Below are positions 57,531 through 59,691 of a DNA stretch of 59,691 nucleotides, piece by piece. Both the position numbers and the translations under genes were made by a program. The notes under the pieces were generated by a model. That model did not search any database and was not told the origin of the DNA. It saw nothing but the letters and a program-made list of their open reading frames with translations. The stretch spans positions 1 to 59,691 of the forward strand of contig CAKORV010000003.1 of assembly GCA_934101625.1 (NCBI GenBank), read 5' to 3'. Origin of the DNA: an uncultured Bacilli bacterium (GTDB taxonomy: Bacteria; Bacillota_I; Bacilli_A; RF39; UBA660). How positions within the stretch are numbered: the first letter of the stretch is position 1; each line of letters begins with the position of its first letter.

Positions 57531-58085
57531 TTAATTGCTTTTAAATAAAATGCATTCTTTTTCATGTGAATTAATAATTCCAATAGCCTGTAAATAAGAA
57601 TAAATTATAGTTGTTCCTACAAACTTCATACCTCGCTTCATTAAATCATTTGATATTTTATCTGATAAAATAGAACTAACCTTATCATTTTCATATATAA
57701 TATCTTTTCCACTAAAATTAAGTAAATAATTTTTAAAACTACCAAATTCTTTCTGAATACTCTTGAATATTTTAGCATTGTTAATACTTGCTTTTATTTT
57801 AAGTTTATTTCTTATAATGTCTTTATTATTTATTAGTTCTTTTTGTTTCTTTTCATCATATTTAATTACCTTGTCTATTTCAAAATTATCATAAGCAATC
57901 TTAAAACCTTCTCTTTTATTTAATACACATTCCCATGACAAACCAGCTTGAAAAGATTCTAATATAAGCATTTCAAAAAGATATCTATCATCTAAATTAA
58001 GTACTCCCCACTCTTCATCATGGTATTTAATATATTTCGCATTTTTTAAATTACACCATTTACATCTATTCATATTTACTAACAT
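57531..58085 (-). CDS. tag: DNA-3-methyladenine glycosylase I
   Basis: RCKWC...YHDEEWGV...FEMLILESFQAGLSW...NKRE.F is the Tag signature, including the zinc-snap Cys/His residues. Confidence 0.9.
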   Translation of the reverse strand: MLVNMNRCKWCNLKNAKYIKYHDEEWGVLNLDDRYLFEMLILESFQAGLSWECVLNKREGFKIAYDNFEIDKVIKYDEKKQKELINNKDIIRNKLKIKASINNAKIFKSIQKEFGSFKNYLLNFSGKDIIYENDKVSSILSDKISNDLMKRGMKFVGTTIIYSYLQAIGIINSHEKECILFKSN

Positions 58086-58320
58086 CTATTCCTTCTAATT
58101 CTAATAACTTTATTTTATTTTTAATACCTCCACCATAATTAGTTATCTTGTCATTTGTACCTACTACCCTATGACAAGAAATAATAATACATATTGGATT
58201 TCAACCTACCGCACCACACAAACCATTAATATAGTTTTCTAATTCAGTTAATTGAATATTATTTTCCTCTAAATAATTAATTTTAGCATCTAATTTTTTT
58301 AAAATTCTTTCTTTATCCAT
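58066..58320 (-). pseudogene. decayed methylated-DNA-protein-cysteine methyltransferase (Ogt/MGMT-like) remnant
   Basis: An 84-codon frame from the ATG at 58320 is interrupted by an in-frame TGA (58201-58203). Downstream it reads NPICIIISCHRVVGTNDKITNYGGGIKNKIKLLELEGIDV, versus the MGMT pattern NPIxIIIPCHRVIxxxGxLxGYxGGxxxKxxLLxxEG. The N-terminal domain is absent. Its end overlaps the tag start. Confidence 0.65.
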
Positions 58321-58452
58321 AAAGATAGCCTCCTATTTTAACTATATCACGAAATCACAAAAACCATATTGTAAATGTTGTTACTTTACAAAAAATCAAT
58401 GTAATAATTATTTAAAAAAACAAGTTATAAACTAATATAACTTGTTAAATAC

Positions 58453-59045
58453 TTATTTAGTAGGTATTAATATTTCTTGTCCAATTGATAATGTTGAACC
58501 AGATAGATTATTAATATTTTTTAATTTATTAACTTTAACTCCATATGTATTTGCAATCTTCCAAAGTGAATCACCTTTTTTAACTTTATATGTGGTATAA
58601 GATTCAGTACCAGGTATTTTCAATATTTGTCCTATTTGTAGTGTATTTGAAGATAGGTTATTTAAACTTTTTATATCATTTACACTAACACCATATTTAT
58701 TAGCAATTGTATATAAATTATCGCCTTTTACCACTACATAATTAATTCCAGCTGAAGTTGTTGGTTCTTTTTCTTCAACTTTTGTATCAGATACAGGGAT
58801 TAATAATTTTTGTCCTACATATATAGTGTTACCTGTAAGTTTATTTGCGCTTTTTATTCTATCAACTGTTATACCAAATTTGTTAGCAATTTTCCAAAGT
58901 GAATCACCTTTTTGTACAGTATAATATGAACCTTCAACAGGCGCAGTATAGGGAAGATTTTTATATTTAGTTATTGCTCTTACAACTACTTCTGCATAAT
59001 CTTTATAATTATTGCTAATATTTACAATAAATGGTAAAATATATA
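58453..59045 (-). pseudogene. 5'-truncated cell-wall amidase remnant retaining three LysM domains
   Basis: Open from the TAG at 59046-59048, with no ATG/GTG/TTG before the GTG at 58734. Reads PFIVNISNNYKDYAEVVVRAITKY (end of an Amidase_3-like domain), then three LysM repeats (YYTVQKGDSLWKIANKFG..., YVVVKGDNLYTIANKYG..., TYKVKKGDSLWKIANTYG...). No signal peptide or catalytic domain. Confidence 0.6.
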
Positions 59046-59065
59046 ACTAATTTACGGAGGTGTAT

Positions 59066-59691
59066 TATGTTAAAATTTATTTTAAATAACACTATTTTTG
59101 ACTATGCTATTATGGTTTTGCTTTTTATAAATTTTGTATTAACAATAATAATAGACTTAAAGGAACAAAAAAAGGAATTTAAAAATATATTCTTATTAAA
59201 TAAAATTAATAAAATAAAAATGAATGCAATGATTATAGCAATGATATTTACTATAATTATATTATATATAAAGTTTAACAATTTTATTAACATAATCATA
59301 TTTTTCATATTTCCAACAATTCTTTTAATAAAAAATATATTTGATATTTATAAGAAAGAACAACCTTTATCAACAGATAATAAATTTTCTAAACTGCTAT
59401 CAATGTATATTTTTATTATATTTTTTTCTTCAGCTGCTGTTCCAGTTTACTATAAATCTTTAGCTTCAATAAAACATAATTTAAAAGAAATATTATTAAT
59501 AATTTACTTAATAATGAGAATTATTCTATTTGTTTTCTTATTTCTTAATAATATAGCAATATTATTATCCAACATTAACATTTTAAAACCATTTAAAATT
59601 AAAGATAATAGAATGGATGATAAATTTTATAAACTTAAAGATTATAATTTTCACTTTTATAGAAAATATAATTCTAAACTTACTTTATACA
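59066..59691 (+). CDS. polytopic membrane protein, N-terminal part (runs off the window end)
   Basis: Absent from the ORF track because it is open at the edge. ATG at 59066 follows GGAGGTG. 208 codons without a stop. Four or five hydrophobic helices are followed by a K/Y/N-rich soluble start. The listed antisense ORF 59102-59308 is rejected in its favour. Confidence 0.6.

Noticed and set aside
58201-58203. Possibility that the in-frame TGA in the MGMT-like frame means TGA = Trp (genetic code 4).
   Set aside because: TGA terminates several well-defined genes here, including the ATGA stop/start overlaps at 7501-7504, 14662-14665 and 4849-4852. The spore-former gene content also argues for code 11.
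59102-59308. 68-aa minus-strand ORF in the ORF track.
   Set aside because: It lies antisense inside a longer plus-strand frame (59066 to the window end) that has a perfect RBS. That frame was simply not listed because it is open at the edge.

Overview
This is about 59.7 kb of very AT-rich chromosome from an endospore-forming Firmicute (Clostridia- or Erysipelotrichia-like). It uses the standard bacterial code: TGA acts as a stop, for example in the ATGA overlaps at 7501-7504 and 14662-14665. I did not compute GC content. Hand-derived coordinates may be off by 1-2 nt.

Most of the window is core and sporulation genes:
- a gerA-type germinant receptor operon in A-C-B order
- cotJ(A)B-cotJC, cotF-like coat genes, cse60, cwlJ, and a SpoVB/MurJ-type flippase
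- the tsaE / tsaB-rimI-tsaD t6A genes, a RumA-type rRNA methyltransferase, rubrerythrin, and hsp20 behind a CIRCE operator
- a GH31 glycosidase, three ABC systems plus an ABC-F protein, a ZIP transporter, tag, and a ydjI/H/G-like SPFH operon
- three tRNAs: Gln, Asn and Trp

No rRNA, CRISPR array, integrase, transposase or prophage is visible.

The most interesting structure is two tRNA-proximal cargo islands. Each is bounded by direct repeats that duplicate part of the flanking core gene.
- Island 1 (about 9.68-13.56 kb) lies between the gerAB-type gene and tRNA-Gln. It carries a tightly linked pair, a P-loop kinase-like protein and a transglutaminase-fold Cys-His-Asp protein, plus an alpha/beta hydrolase.
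- Island 2 (about 51.3-54.8 kb) lies between an ABC-F gene and tRNA-Trp. It carries an 856-aa orphan protein with three Cys-Cys dipeptides. Across a perfect 23-bp palindrome, a 76-aa Cys-rich protein is transcribed divergently from it.

The 856-aa orphan shares three collinear C-terminal motifs with a second orphan giant (664 aa, 16.2-18.2 kb).

Other points worth a second look:
- an orphan LytTR response regulator wedged into the tsa cluster behind a GC-rich terminator
- a duplicated terminator-plus-promoter module in front of two unrelated operons
- a D1-only Clp-type AAA+ protein and a head-domain-only CCA/poly(A)-type nucleotidyltransferase
- an E2-like acyltransferase whose catalytic His is replaced by Glu, inside an SDR / acyl-CoA-ligase operon
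- a candidate small RNA after tRNA-Asn
- several decayed gene fragments
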